Positions 38,471 to 50,950 of a stretch of DNA of 64,000 nucleotides are shown one piece after another. A model generated the notes under the pieces. It had not been told where the DNA came from. It made no database searches and saw only the letters and a list, made by a program, of their open reading frames with translations. Source of the stretch: Blasia pusilla (Eukaryota); NCBI GenBank assembly GCA_050084515.1, contig CM114271.1:21762001-21826000 (forward strand), in the 5' to 3' direction. Positions within the stretch are counted from its first letter, which is position 1; every line of letters begins with the position of its first letter. A program made the position numbers and the translations under genes.

Positions 38471-39339
38471 GATATGTTTCTTTGGGATAGTATGTACTAA
38501 TTTAGGGAATTTTTGGGCTAAAGTATTGTACTATTTTGACTACTCAATACTTTTTTCCTGGGCGGGAAGAATGGAATAGAATTGACATAACTTCACAAAT
38601 GGAGAATATCATTTGAAAAAAATGAAATTATCGACTTATCAGTAAACACTAAAAGTAAATGTTCTTTTAAATAAATGAAAAATGATAAAATTATAATAAT
38701 CAACGTATTTTATTTATTTACATTAATAAATAAATAATTTTAATAAAAAAATGAAATAAAGTTTTCTTATTTGAAATGAATATAAACATCTAAAGTAGTG
38801 TTTAGAAACACTTCATAATGAAAATCTGAATTATTTTGAAATTATTTTGATCTTATTGAAAATTTTTTCCACTATTGTTATTATCTTTTCTTAAATTTTC
38901 CAAAAGAATATGTAATTTCCTTTCCAAATTTTTTTGGAAATCAAAACCTTTAAAATAATGAAATAAAATTTTAATTTCCAAAATTTTAAAAAAATAAAAT
39001 GGAAAAGTTTTATAGAAGTTGCATAAATTCTTTTCTAAAACATCTTAATTTAAAAAAAATAACTTAAAATAATTATAAAAATCTATATCTATTCAAATTT
39101 TGACCTATTGTGGTCAAAAAATGGTTAAACCAAAAGGCTTGACACGTAGCCTTTATTGGGAGCCTCTCAGTAAGAGCTTCCACTCTTAATGTATGATTTC
39201 CATAGACATATTAGAAAAATATAAGAGACCAGAAATAATTTCTTAGGAAATGGATTGTAAAAATCACATCTGCTTAAAACTAGTCATGGACATATAATTA
39301 TTTACGTCACTTGAAATGAAACACTATAGTTATATCCGA

Positions 39340-41256
39340 CACTCCAAAAATTGTTGGTAAATCAACAACCATGCCAAATTTCTACATCTGACTTAGTAAG
39401 GGAAAGCTTAGGTGACTAAATCTTTCATGCCACAACTTACTACTACTAAAATATGTACTTACACTTGTCGTGAAAGCATACAACTTATAGATATTTCCAC
39501 GTCGTATACCTTCACCCACTACTTTCCCATTGGCATCCTCAATGATTGGTCCAATTTTCTTGAAATGAACTTCTAAGTCTTGATCACATAATACTGCTAC
39601 TGAAATCAAATTGCGCTTCAACTCTAGTACGTATAGTACATCAGTTAACTTCTTTTCATCTCCTTTTTGTGAGACTAAAGAAATTATTTTTTTCCCTTCT
39701 ACAGGGCACTTTGCATTATTCCCAACAGTAACAACGATGGGCTTTTGTAGAGGCTATAAGGAGCTATACCAATCCTTATGATTGGTCATATGCCTAGATG
39801 CTCCACTATCAAGCACCCATGCATCTTCACTCTTTGACTTAGTGAAATGTTCTGCCTGTGTGCAAAACTCTTCGATTGCTATCCAAGCATCTATCTCATA
39901 TTCTCCTAGTTCAACAGAATTTTCAGACTCCTTCTTAGGTCTTAAACAACCGTTCTTCTCATTGTGACTCCTCTTTCTACAATCTTTGATAAGATTACCT
40001 AGCTTACCACAATAAAAGCATTTGAAGGCTTTCCTTGGAAATTTATTCTTGACTTTTGAACTATAATCCTGATTTCTACCTTTCTGTATGTTGGCAATAA
40101 ATGCTGCATCACTTCCCTCTCTTGCTTTGAAGGGCGTTTCCTCTTCTACCAACATTGCACTAAATTATTCAAAAGTAAGCGGCGTGGGTCTTACTTGAGT
40201 ATTCAATGCAATGACCAAACTGTCATACCTCGCAGGCAAAATCCTTATGCACCTACGTGCCAAATCTTTGCTAGACTTTGAAATTCCTACAGACGCCATC
40301 TAATCTTGAAGATTCTTGATCCTCGTAAAAAATTGCTCCGCGCTTTCCTTCTGAAAATTTCTTGGACGTAAGCTGATTCTCCAAATTTTGAATCCGAGTC
40401 TCATTCCTCTTTTCATACTGATTCTTCATAATGTTCCACGCCTCAGCAGCTGTGGTCGTATGTTGAATGAGAGTCCTGACAAAATCAGTTACATTCGTGA
40501 AAATTGCATATAGAGCATCTACGTTTCTGCGTTTCCATGCCAGCAATACAACAAGACGATATCAGTAGATGAAGATGAACATGCACAACTCAAAGTGGCT
40601 TGTGGATTCGAATCGACCCTTGTGGCCGTCTCCTTGATCTCAAATGATTTGAGGAAATTTCTCATTTTGAACTTCCACAATATATAGTTAGACCCATCTA
40701 ACTTCCTTTCACCCAACGGAGGAGGGCGAGCACGAACTCACGAAGCATTAGCCATCTCTCACGATTTTGTGCAAACACACTAGATCGCCAAATACAAAAT
40801 ATTGGAAAACCTACTGCTCTGATACCATGTGTGAAAATAGAAAGTGATGAAATCACTGAAATCTTTACAAAACTTGGAGATAGTTCGTCCGTGCGCTCAT
40901 AGAAGAGCTTCAATGGAACCTACACATGGAGATAACTCGACATACGAGAATGCACTACCACTGCGCCTCCCGACTATTTCACTACTCGAGAAACTAGGGT
41001 CTTTTACCTATTTTTCTTTGTTTCTATTAATAGATAATTTTTTCAATCCTATATGTAACCCTATATTACATCAGGGTGCACCCTGATGCAATATAGGGTT
41101 ACATAATCCTAGTAACACTACTCCATAAACCACCTACGTCGTATTATTATGACTCCTTCGACGTATAAGTCAGAACCATCAATGTAGGCTTCTCCTCATA
41201 CAAGGGGCTTAATCAGATTAATGAAGCTCAGAGAAGTGGATGTTGAGAATCCAACA
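39340..41256 (-). mobile_element. Copia family A, 5' half: LTR (40828-41256), PBS (40816-40827), gag, knuckle, protease, GAG-pre-integrase
   Basis: Perfect tggtatcagagc PBS; KLDGSNYILWKFKM, CFYCGKLGNLIKDC, WVLDSGASRHM, RNLISV, LWHERFSHLS. Confidence 0.92.
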
Positions 41257-41298
41257 ACATCCACTTCTCTGACATCAATTGGAACAAGGGTTTCGAAT

Positions 41299-41585
41299 GC
41301 TCCTTTCTTTTAGGTAGTTGGATTCAATTCTCATTTTTTTAACTACATCCATAGTTGTGATTGTGAGGTAGTCCCAATAGAGGCTAACTTTGATATTTGG
41401 AACTAGAGTTATGAATGCTCATCGTTTAGGTAGTTGGGTTGAATTTTAATTTTTGGAACAGGATCTATAGTTCCGATTGTTATGTAGTCCTAAGAATGGC
41501 CAGTGTTGTCGTTAAGATCTATAGATCCGCGTGCTCATCGTTTAGGTAGTTAGATTCACTTCTTATTTCTATAACTTACGATCCA
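41299..41585. repeat. Degenerate tandem repeat of about 116 bp, about 2.5 units
   Basis: tgctc...tttaggtagtt(g/a)g recurs at about 41299, 41417 and 41532. Confidence 0.7.
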
Positions 41586-42539
41586 TCAATAAATTATCTT
41601 GGATGTAGAAATGAGGCGTGCCGCCACGTTTAAGCATATCTTGGGGATCGGGCTCTCAGTCTATCAAACAATTTGGTCATAGAAGAATTTAGTTCCCCTA
41701 ATTTTTTACGGTAACGAGGATTTCACCCACATCAGCACTTTTGTTTTTATAACTAACCATACAATATTCCTCCTTAGGAAGATCAAGGCCGGAGCCTTAA
41801 CACCACGACTAGAAGAAAGAGGCTTTAGACATATTCGGAATTAAGTTCCATTTTTGAAAATTCAAAACCTAGGTGATCAACCATGGCATGTCACAACAAC
41901 CTTATTTAATTCCTTGCTCCAACTATCATACATCCATCTGTTCATTGTAGAAGGTCTGATTAGTGACCCCCATGCTTGAGAGGATTTCATGATGTACAAT
42001 TTTCTATGGGAAGGTCGTCGGACTCATAATGACAATGTTTTAATTTCTTATGAATCATGATAGAAACTTTTATTTTCGTCACTTAGCAGAAGTACATCTG
42101 AGACAATATTTGAATGTCCCACTATAAGAATGTCTTCAAACATTTTGCACAATTTTTTAAGTTGATTGTCAGTTAATCAATCTTAAGCCATCGTACGCCC
42201 GAGATGTCGAGAAAAACAATGAAATAAACATCAAGAGCATTTTATCTTCCTACGTTGATCCTCGGTAGAATAAGAGACTCAATTGCTTGCAAAAGAAGAT
42301 TAGTGGAACTGATGAGTGGGCATGTTGTTGTGGGGAAGATTTAGATTCAAATTAAATAAGCTTAAGTCCTAATTTTACCTCGAAGCATGACTTCAAGGAA
42401 ATCATAATCATGAAGGGTTTTGGAAACTCATAAATGTTTTAATTCACTATATTGGAGAAAATTGTGTTAAAGGAACTAGTTCTCCATTCCGTTTCATAAT
42501 CACCCTTATACTTGCCCCAAAGACGCTTAAAGGTAATAA

Positions 42540-42845
42540 GGTTGCATGTGGACAAAGTCCGTGTCTGCGGACATGTCCATATTCGTGGACTTCCGTCCAT
42601 CCTATGAAAGGACTTGTTCATGTAGGACCTACCTTTCTCCTTTTTTTTTCATTCCCCCCACTTGCCTTTGTGTTCCATCATTTCATGTTTCTTCGTCCCT
42701 CCACTTCCACTCCCTCCCCCCTTGTTGCCCCACTCGTTTTAGCCCTACCTTCCATCATGAACTACAAGTGTGGGCTCCACCTCTTACAATCCATGTCTAT
42801 GGACATGTCTGTCCTAGGAACGAACATGTCCGTTTTTGTACAACC
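42540..42845 (-). mobile_element. MITE-like dispersed repeat, copy 2
   Basis: Inverted homolog of 14968-15279; GGTTG...CAACC ends; TAA on the left and (A)TAA on the right. Confidence 0.55.
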
Positions 42846-43749
42846 ATAATAAGTAACCACCACCACCTCCATATAAGCGTCGAAGATGGTGGACAGATTA
42901 AGAAAATATAAATATGCTTCCTCTATCAACGAAGCTATTCCACATATTTTAAGGTTGAATTTCACTTTATGATGGGTAATCCATGTAATTTCCCTTTAAT
43001 AGAGCTATAAAATTTCCTCCATATATGAGTTTTTTTCTAGGTTCTTATATGCGAATGCTCTCTTATGAAATATTAGGGTTCCTAAGGATTCTTTTGTTGC
43101 CCTAGTGTCTTGGGTCAATGAGAGAGGAGTTTGAAAATAAAAAAAATGTTCTTTAATAATAACATAGATGAAGTTATATAGTATTTTAATTTTTTTTTTG
43201 TTAAATTTCATTTTGTGGTACTAATGTGTAGCTCGTACTCTACACAAGACAAAAAAAATTTGCCCAAAAATTCATTAAGATATTTTCTTTTTCCCATGTT
43301 ATGAAAAAAAATTCTTATTGCCCCACTGCCATGTGTCAAAAATAGAAGTGTTTGCAATTCAATAAGTTATCATCCCTTGATAGTATAATTATAGACGTTA
43401 GATGTTTGGATGGATCAATACATTTGATCATAGGACATCCATAAGGATGCTACCAAACAATATGAGGTTTAAAAGAGGTATTTTTAGTACATCAAATATC
43501 TTTGGGTCTTCGTGTCACAATCATCATCCCAATTCCACATCGAGTTGTATCTTTCGAGGTGTTATACAGCAGTTGAACATAATGTTGTAGAAGAAAATAA
43601 GAAGCATTTGAAACCACGTAAAGTTGAATAAGAGGTTTTGGATAGAAGCATCGAACAAAAATTTACTTTGTAAATTTATCTCCTTTTATTGCCATGTATT
43701 GTAAAACTCTAGAAGAATTGTGGAGTGGTGGAGTGAAATATTTTCTATC

Positions 43750-44180
43750 CTTAGAGTGTTTGGATGTGTTTCTTACGTTCACGTTAAATTAAGAGAAAGA
43801 TCTAGGTTCGATCTTATGCCCAAGAAATATTTTTTCCTGATTATGATACCCAAAAGATTGTTGTGAGTAGGAATGTTATCTTGGAGGTAGAGGCATCTAC
43901 ATCTTTACAAGAGAATGAAAGAGTGTTGTGGAAAGGAGAAGACATTTTGAAAGAGAGATATTAGGTTGCTCTATGTTGGAGAGTGACGATATATTTTTCC
44001 TCAGATTTGAAGATCACTTAAGAGTAATAAAATGCCATCTAGATAGTTCAATATGGTTACTTTTGCATTGATTACCAAGAATAGTAAGCCTTCTACATAC
44101 CATGAGGTTATGGATAATTAAGATAGTTATTTATGTCCAAACCTAATGGTTGACAAAATTATTTCATTGAAGAAATATCT
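43750..44180 (+). mobile_element. Old Copia remnant (post-integrase region)
   Basis: RVFGCVSYVHV, IVVSRNVI and PSTYHEV motifs in the expected order. Confidence 0.6.
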
Positions 44181-44239
44181 GATCTCTTAGTACTTGATTG
44201 ATGTACTTTTTCATTTATTTATTTTATACATATATACAT

Positions 44240-44280
44240 TCTCCTCATTGACTTGGTAAGATAACAAGTCAATGAGGAGA
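44240..44280. repeat. Perfect hairpin (16-bp arms, 9-nt loop)
   Basis: tctcctcattgacttg-gtaagataa-caagtcaatgaggaga. Confidence 0.9.
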
Positions 44281-45317
44281 TTGTTGACTAAAGACTATGC
44301 CTTGCCACTCATCTAGATTGAACAACAATCAATTAGAAAGTGTTGAGTTTAGATTGAACCAGATTGAAGAGTGACGGCAAGGGAGTTTGTACCTCCATAC
44401 GAGTCTTTAAGAGGAGAGAGGATTATCAAAATGAGACTTCATAGTAGCGAAAGATGTTTTGCTGAGAAATTGGAGGTAGCCTTGCTTGATATACATAATC
44501 GGATGTGACCTTCATGGCGCACGATGCTTGGAGAAGAAAGGAGTCTTGCGAGAGGAGTTGGAGCTAGGGCGTCTTCTTTTACACACAGAACTAGATGTGG
44601 ACTTCATGCCACATAATGCTTGTAGGGAGTCTAATAGTACACACACAAGCAGATGTGAACTTCATGGCACACCGTGCTTGGTGAGGAGTAGACATGAGAC
44701 ATGGAGTGAAGGGCACTCTCCCATTTGTATTGAATTAAACTTGGTAAAGTCTCAAATATTTATATTGTTGACTTCACTCTTAATTGGAATGAACCTTTAT
44801 GAAATGTGGTGTGATTGGGCTTTTCTTGAATTTGGAGTCTAAATCCTTTCATTTGATTACATGTTTTCCATAGGTATATCTTTTCCATCCAATGATATTT
44901 TTTCCCAATTTTTGAGTATTTATATATCCTATAGTAAATGACAATACAATCAGAAATGTTCACCTTCGATCATTACTTCTGTTCTTTTCAAATTGATGGA
45001 CCCTAATTCAAGCTACTTACAAACTCAAATGCTGCAATATTTTACTCTCCAAACAATTTTATGTCTCTAACATGCACCTTCATTGCGACATTTATAACTA
45101 ATGGCCAACCCCAACCATGCTCGGCATTCCGTACCAATCATGGTGAAAAAAAAAATTCCGTAAAAAAAAATATTTTCATATTAGATGTAAAATAGAAAAT
45201 ATTCTTTTTTACCTGATTCCCACATGGCAAGCAAATCAAGTGGCAAGCAAATCAAGAGGGTCTTTCGGATACTATGCTAATGTAAATTAGATCTTGCATG
45301 TTGGTTAGATGGGCACA

Positions 45318-45414
45318 GTTTCCTAAGTAATCGTGAAGTCTAGATTGACTTCTCTCCGAAGTAAGGTTTCCTAAGTAATCGTGAAGTCTAGATTGACTTC
45401 TCTCCCGAAGTAAG
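45318..45414. repeat. 48-bp tandem duplication
   Basis: gtttcctaagtaatcgtgaagtctagattgacttctctcc(c)gaagtaag twice. Confidence 0.95.
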
Positions 45415-46345
45415 ATTGATGGAGATCTGCCAATCCAGAGTCAATAGAATCCGGAACCTTGGCCGGCAGCACTTTGTACTGGTGCCAGCCCGAACTGGGA
45501 TTTAAGATTACACCCGAAAATCTTTCATCTGAAAATCATAAGCTAAAGAACTTCGCGAAGAGGATGACAAAATGCAAAAAAAGACACGAAATTTTGAAAC
45601 TGGAAGTGCTCCGGCAGATTGCCCACAACTCTCGCAAGACTCTCAACTTCCATGAAGGTCCATTGGCATACACATTCTTCCTAATGGACCAGGAGCAATA
45701 CTACCTTGAAAAAGAAAAGACTGAACCTCAAGTTTTAGGACACTTTCTTATTGGCTTTCCCCAAAATATAGAGTCTCTTAAAGAATCATTCCGAACGAAG
45801 ATGGACGCATTCACTGCGTTCATCCGGAATTCCATGCGACAAAAAAGCGTAGTGTACGCTACCGACCCTGCACAATTCTTAGGTTACAGATCTTCCAAGC
45901 GTTCAAAAATTTCACCGTTGGCTAGGACAATTCTGTTTTACACGTGCACTGATCAGATCTTAAACTCCGAAGCCATTGTTGAAAAGATCTACGTTGATAT
46001 GCTTACCCTGAGACTCTGGAGATGGATGTCATACATGTCACAGCAGTCATTTAGACTGCGCACTGGATCTCTGTAGATTTTCGAAGGAACCGAAAACCAA
46101 ACTCGCGCAGCAAGAACGTACATTCCGACCCCCCTGTTACAAACAGGAAGGGATGGGACGTTTCACAAGACGTCTGAAGGTGAAAAGGACTGGGACTAGA
46201 GGGGACCATCGGATAGACACGACTACCGAGAAAAATGACCTTCCTTACTGCGAACATATTTAGAGTACATCGATGACCAGCATCTTTGGCCTAACTAGCT
46301 GAACCATTTCCTCCCAAAGAGCAAGTACTAACGCCACATTCTTCA

Positions 46346-46948
46346 TCACGGTTTCGTTTTCTTCGTAACAGCTGATACAATAGCCCCGGCCATGAAAATC
46401 CCCAATGCTGGCTGAAAGACAGACGGCCAGAGAGGCAGCCACGCATCAACCAGTTTCGCGGACTTCAAGAAAGTCTGTTCTCCAACACCAGCCACGAGCC
46501 ACGCTAGAATAAACAGAATAAAGAAAAAATCCGCGACCAGAATCTTCTCAACGACGTTTCGCATCAATACTCCCCTCTTCTCGGCACTCTCATCTTCCCC
46601 TCTCCTATCGTAAGGTCGACTCAATTCCTTCTTCACTTCCTCCTCCTTCGCCAACCGTTGGATATCCTTCTCCAAACTCAAAGTCTGAAGAATCTCGTCG
46701 TCGAATGTACCAACCTCATCGGACGATTGAAGCTCCTTTCTCCATAATTGTTGTCCTTTGCTCTGTCCGTCGCTCACACCACCACCGTCGCCCTCGCCCT
46801 TCGCAAACAACCATACCTTGCGTGCACCACCGGCGGCACTAACTCGTCGCCGTAGCGGTGAGAATCCCAGGGGAGAGCTGTGAGCGCTTTCAACTCGTGG
46901 GGGAATTCGAAATCCGCCGATGGACAACCCAACGCACCGAGCTTCCAT
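46346..46948 (-). CDS. Intronless, putatively plastid-targeted membrane protein of unknown function (200 aa) with a cyanobacterial-like C-terminal domain
   Basis: First in-frame ATG at 46948. Ser/Arg-rich transit-peptide-like N-terminus, acidic linker, then KILVADFFFILFILAWLVAGV...WLPLWPSVFQPALGIFMAGAIVS with two hydrophobic segments. No stops or frameshifts. Confidence 0.85.
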   Translation of the reverse strand: MEARCVGLSIGGFRIPPRVESAHSSPLGFSPLRRRVSAAGGARKVWLFAKGEGDGGGVSDGQSKGQQLWRKELQSSDEVGTFDDEILQTLSLEKDIQRLAKEEEVKKELSRPYDRRGEDESAEKRGVLMRNVVEKILVADFFFILFILAWLVAGVGEQTFLKSAKLVDAWLPLWPSVFQPALGIFMAGAIVSAVTKKTKP

Positions 46949-47159
46949 GACATCTATGCTTCGAACTTTCGGTACCCGGAGGTCAGATTCCCGAGATGAA
47001 ATCGATGATTCCGGAAGCCTTTGATCCGGGTACCACGAAGTAAGCGAACCCGGCGTCAAGGGAGTTAAGCATCACCCTCCCAGGTGGAAAGTGGATCACC
47101 GATAGATCCATTCCATATATCCCCCTCGACGAGTTGAATCGTGGATGGGTTCCACGCGG

Positions 47160-47290
47160 AAGAACACGTCATTTTATATTTATTTACGGCCATTACATGC
47201 TGCATTCGTTTTAAACTCTAGCCTCTGCCCACTCTCTCTCCCCTTTAGAATATTTGGCTGTTCCACATGTCCACGTGGAAGGTGACGTGA
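47160..47290 (-). promoter_or_regulatory. Probable promoter of the plastid-protein gene
   Basis: Minus-strand TATAAAA near 47172-47178, perfect G-box CCACGTGG at 47271-47278, adjacent TGACGTG. Confidence 0.45.
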
Positions 47291-48407
47291 TGTTTTCCTC
47301 ACCCTTAGATATAAGTCGACGGACTGCATTTTGCGCATGTGTGGCCCTTGCCTTCATATCTCTTGTGCGAGTTTGTTTCTTGTGTTTGGATCTCCTCCCA
47401 CTCTCAATTACAATCATGCCACCGCCTCCTTTTGGATGTCACGATTCGTGTGAATGTAATGAGGTATGATCTTATAATGCTAGCCCATATGTATTTTTAT
47501 TACTATTACCGCTACGCGGTACTCGGTCTTTGTTGCAAGGAGGTACTCACCGTTTTTCATCACAAGACCTGTTGTCTAGTGGTCTAGTGATGAAGATCCA
47601 ACCATAGACCTATCTAGTCTAAGTTCTATCTGGTATCCACCACCCTCAATGACACGAATCAAGTGGGGAAAAAGGTACTCGCATGGATAACCTTAATACA
47701 CACATCATCACTCTACTATACTATCAACATTGACTATTCCATGTAGTGCGGCAACCTCCCGACACAACCTTCTCCTCAAACACATCTTGAATCTCTCGTC
47801 ATCGAATGCAGACTAACCGTCGGCATTGGCACATGTGTCTCCACTATTGACACTCCGTGACAACCATCGACGCAAATCATCCATCTCGCCTATACTCGAC
47901 ATAATGCCAGTCAGCCACCACTTCGTCCACAATTCTCAGTGAGTAGCAAATTATAACTCCTACCACAACTCACAAAACTCTCTCCAATCAATCTCCTAAC
48001 ACCTTGGCGATTACGTGGTTAAATTTCTACCACTTCGGCTTTCGAACCACATCCACCTTTGCCTAACCCCGCAAGATGAATTACTCTGTCTTATCGTCTA
48101 GCGACGGCTACCGCGATTTTCTACCAACCATGGTCGCCCTAACCTCGTAAGACCGCCTCTACTTCATAACCTCGGATTGGACGCTACTCTGATCACCTCT
48201 CCACTGTGTCCATCGGATGACCGTCTTGAGTCATGCCCGCCCCGCCATAGCACGGTTACCTCTCGGCTATGTCATGTGCATACACATTGCTACACAACAT
48301 ACATCGCTATAATTGAACACATACACAAACATGCACAATCTCTTGCTAACTCATGACATGCAAACATCGAGACGAGAAGTACCAAAATATCTCCAATTAA
48401 ATCAAGT

Positions 48408-48586
<179 letters not shown>

Positions 48587-48587
48587 C

Positions 48588-48850
48588 AAGCGGTAGATGA
48601 CCAAGAGGTTAGTTGAACAAACATAAGGTCCTCTTGAAGAGGTCTTGGGTTCAACTCTCCCCTTAGACAATGGGGGGCGGTCTCAACCCCAGGGCAGTGG
48701 CGTCCCCTACCTAGGGCATGGATGGTCCATGTTCGAGAGAGAGAATGCCTTGTGTGCCTTTCATGTGTGTGCCTTGACTATGCTCCCAGGTTAAAAATCT
48801 GGATAAAATTCAGGCCTTCACAAAAAGGAAAAAAAAAAACAAAAACCAAA
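48588..48850 (+). mobile_element. Putative tRNA-derived SINE
   Basis: A-box-like TGACCAAGAGG (about 48598), B-box-like GGTTCAACTC (about 48647), about 260 bp long, A-rich tail at 48821-48850. No TSD seen. Confidence 0.5.
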
Positions 48851-48974
48851 TCTCTTGAGTGAGAACCCCAAATCTAGATGTGAAGGTGCCATGTCGGATG
48901 CGATGTCAATTTTACATATGTGGAAGGGGTCCCATAAGCCAGATCGGCTTCCCGTGGACTAATAATCTACTCTA

Positions 48975-48979
<5 letters not shown>

Positions 48980-49063
<84 letters not shown>
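48980..49063. repeat. (CT)n microsatellite
   Basis: Directly visible. Confidence 0.98.
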
Positions 49064-49064
<1 letters not shown>

Positions 49065-50690
49065 AAAACCTACTCTCCTAATGAGAAGCTTGGGTTACAC
49101 ACACAAGGCAAAGAGGATCATAGCTCCGCCGCCTCATTCCAAGAGGTTCAACAAAGAGAGAATGAGCTCTCAAGCTCTCTCTCTCTTGGAGCTTGATGGC
49201 TGTCTTGATATTTGATGGAAATTTTTCCTATTACATATAGGGGTAGGGTTCTAGGATATGATCTAACTCTATCTCCATAAAGCTTCCACTCTCGAGTCTT
49301 CACAATATTTTCTCTCCAATCTACCTTTGGATTGTATTATTCCATCTAAGGCAACCCAAGATAACATCATAACGTGCTAATGGAATGACCTTCAACTCCA
49401 ACTTCTCATGATAATTTCCTATCTTCAACCCTACACTTTGAGGAAGCTTCTCAATTCTTTCTGTGTGCCCATTTGGAAATTCTACCTCTTCATTTTGATC
49501 CCTCTCTAAAGCTAAGCCCAACGTCATAGCTATTGCTCTTAGAAGGAAGTTTTATGTTGCACTAGAATCAATCAATACTCTAACTTGGGACCCTTCTACT
49601 TCCCCATCTATGACAATCAAATAGGTTTCCCTTCTCTTCAAACCATTTACCTCCATATGTTTGTGTCGATCCTCACCTTTTCTCATTTTCGTAGAACCAA
49701 TATATCCACGAGGCAAGATTACTAGTAGTTGGAGTTTCTCCAAGGTCCCCCTTATTTGTCATCTTCATGCATGTTCCCCCTTCAAGATAATTAACAGGGC
49801 GATCATATGGCCTATTTTTTAACCTACAAAAGCAACAATTTATGGCCATAGCTACCACAATGAAAATATTGGCGTGTATCTCTCTGGACTTCAAATTCTC
49901 TCCCTCCTCTAGGAATCCTAGGCCCGTCAGTTCAAGGAGCGATCCTTCATATGTTGGGGTTCTCATCTCTCTATATTGGCATCCTTCCATTAAACCTTCA
50001 TGGTGCATAACCATCTTGTGCTCAAAGTTTATCCAACTCCATGGGTGTGGGTCTATAATGCTTGTTCATAGAAGCAAGCATTATAGATCACTTCATTGAT
50101 ATCCTTTGGGTTATTTAGAATCATTTCTTGACTCATCTTCCTCTTCAAACCTCTCTTGAATAGATCAAGGGCTTCCATCCTCCTCACGTCATGGATTTAT
50201 ATGTGTAGGTCACAAAAATCCTCGATGTAGTCCTCAACATTATCTTTCTCCTCCAGTCACCATAGTTTCATTCTAGTAGGAAGGATGGGATCCACAACTT
50301 GAAAATTCTTCAGTAGGCCTTGCTTCATTCCACTCCATATGATTTATTGACTCACAATCAAGGACCTCTCCCATCCTTAATACCATGTCAATGATCGATC
50401 TATTAACCAAGACCTCAAAAACACCCCTACAATATAATCATCGATGTTGAAAAGGTATAAATGAATTTCCATACGAGTGATCCAATCCTTTAATACCCCC
50501 ATGACTTGACTTCCTTTGTATAGTTCTACCTTGCATGCCTTTTTCATTTTCAATATCAATGACGGTTGGGCATTCATCTCTATCACTCTTTGCGTTGTAT
50601 AGGCCTTCAATGCTTGTGCCCTTAAGGTTTCCTCACTCTTCCCAGAAGTCAAGGCACTCGTGATTTCCATCTCCATCCACCCGTCAGAAG

Positions 50691-50767
<77 letters not shown>

Positions 50768-50950
50768 ATATTTTTGACTAAAGCAACATCTTGCACTAAC
50801 TCTTGGACTTTGTTTTGACTTTGATCAAATGCAACTCTAAACTCTCTCAATTCACGAATCATATCCCTCAGAGTTTCTTCCATTATCACTTTGACTTTCC
50901 CTTGACTCCTTACTACCATTTTAATAAGGTCAAGATATACAATTGTCAAT
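49064..50950 (-). mobile_element. Decayed Gypsy gag-protease (same family as 17335-20575) fused to an LTR family B fragment (49064-49191)
   Basis: LIVIDGEVEGSQVRVLIDSSAT and KIGNYHEKLELKVIPLARYDVILG match 18290-18622. A (GA)n tract lies inside gag at 50693-50763. 49064-49191 matches about 4083-4214. Confidence 0.85.

Noticed and set aside
45459..46076. 205-aa plus-strand ORF as a gene
   Set aside because: Non-ATG start, no recognisable motif, and it lies antisense to the likely 3' region of the plastid-protein gene.
46949..47059. N-terminal extension of the plastid protein in the ORF track (237 aa)
   Set aside because: It starts at TTG; the first ATG is at 46948 and gives a plausible transit peptide.
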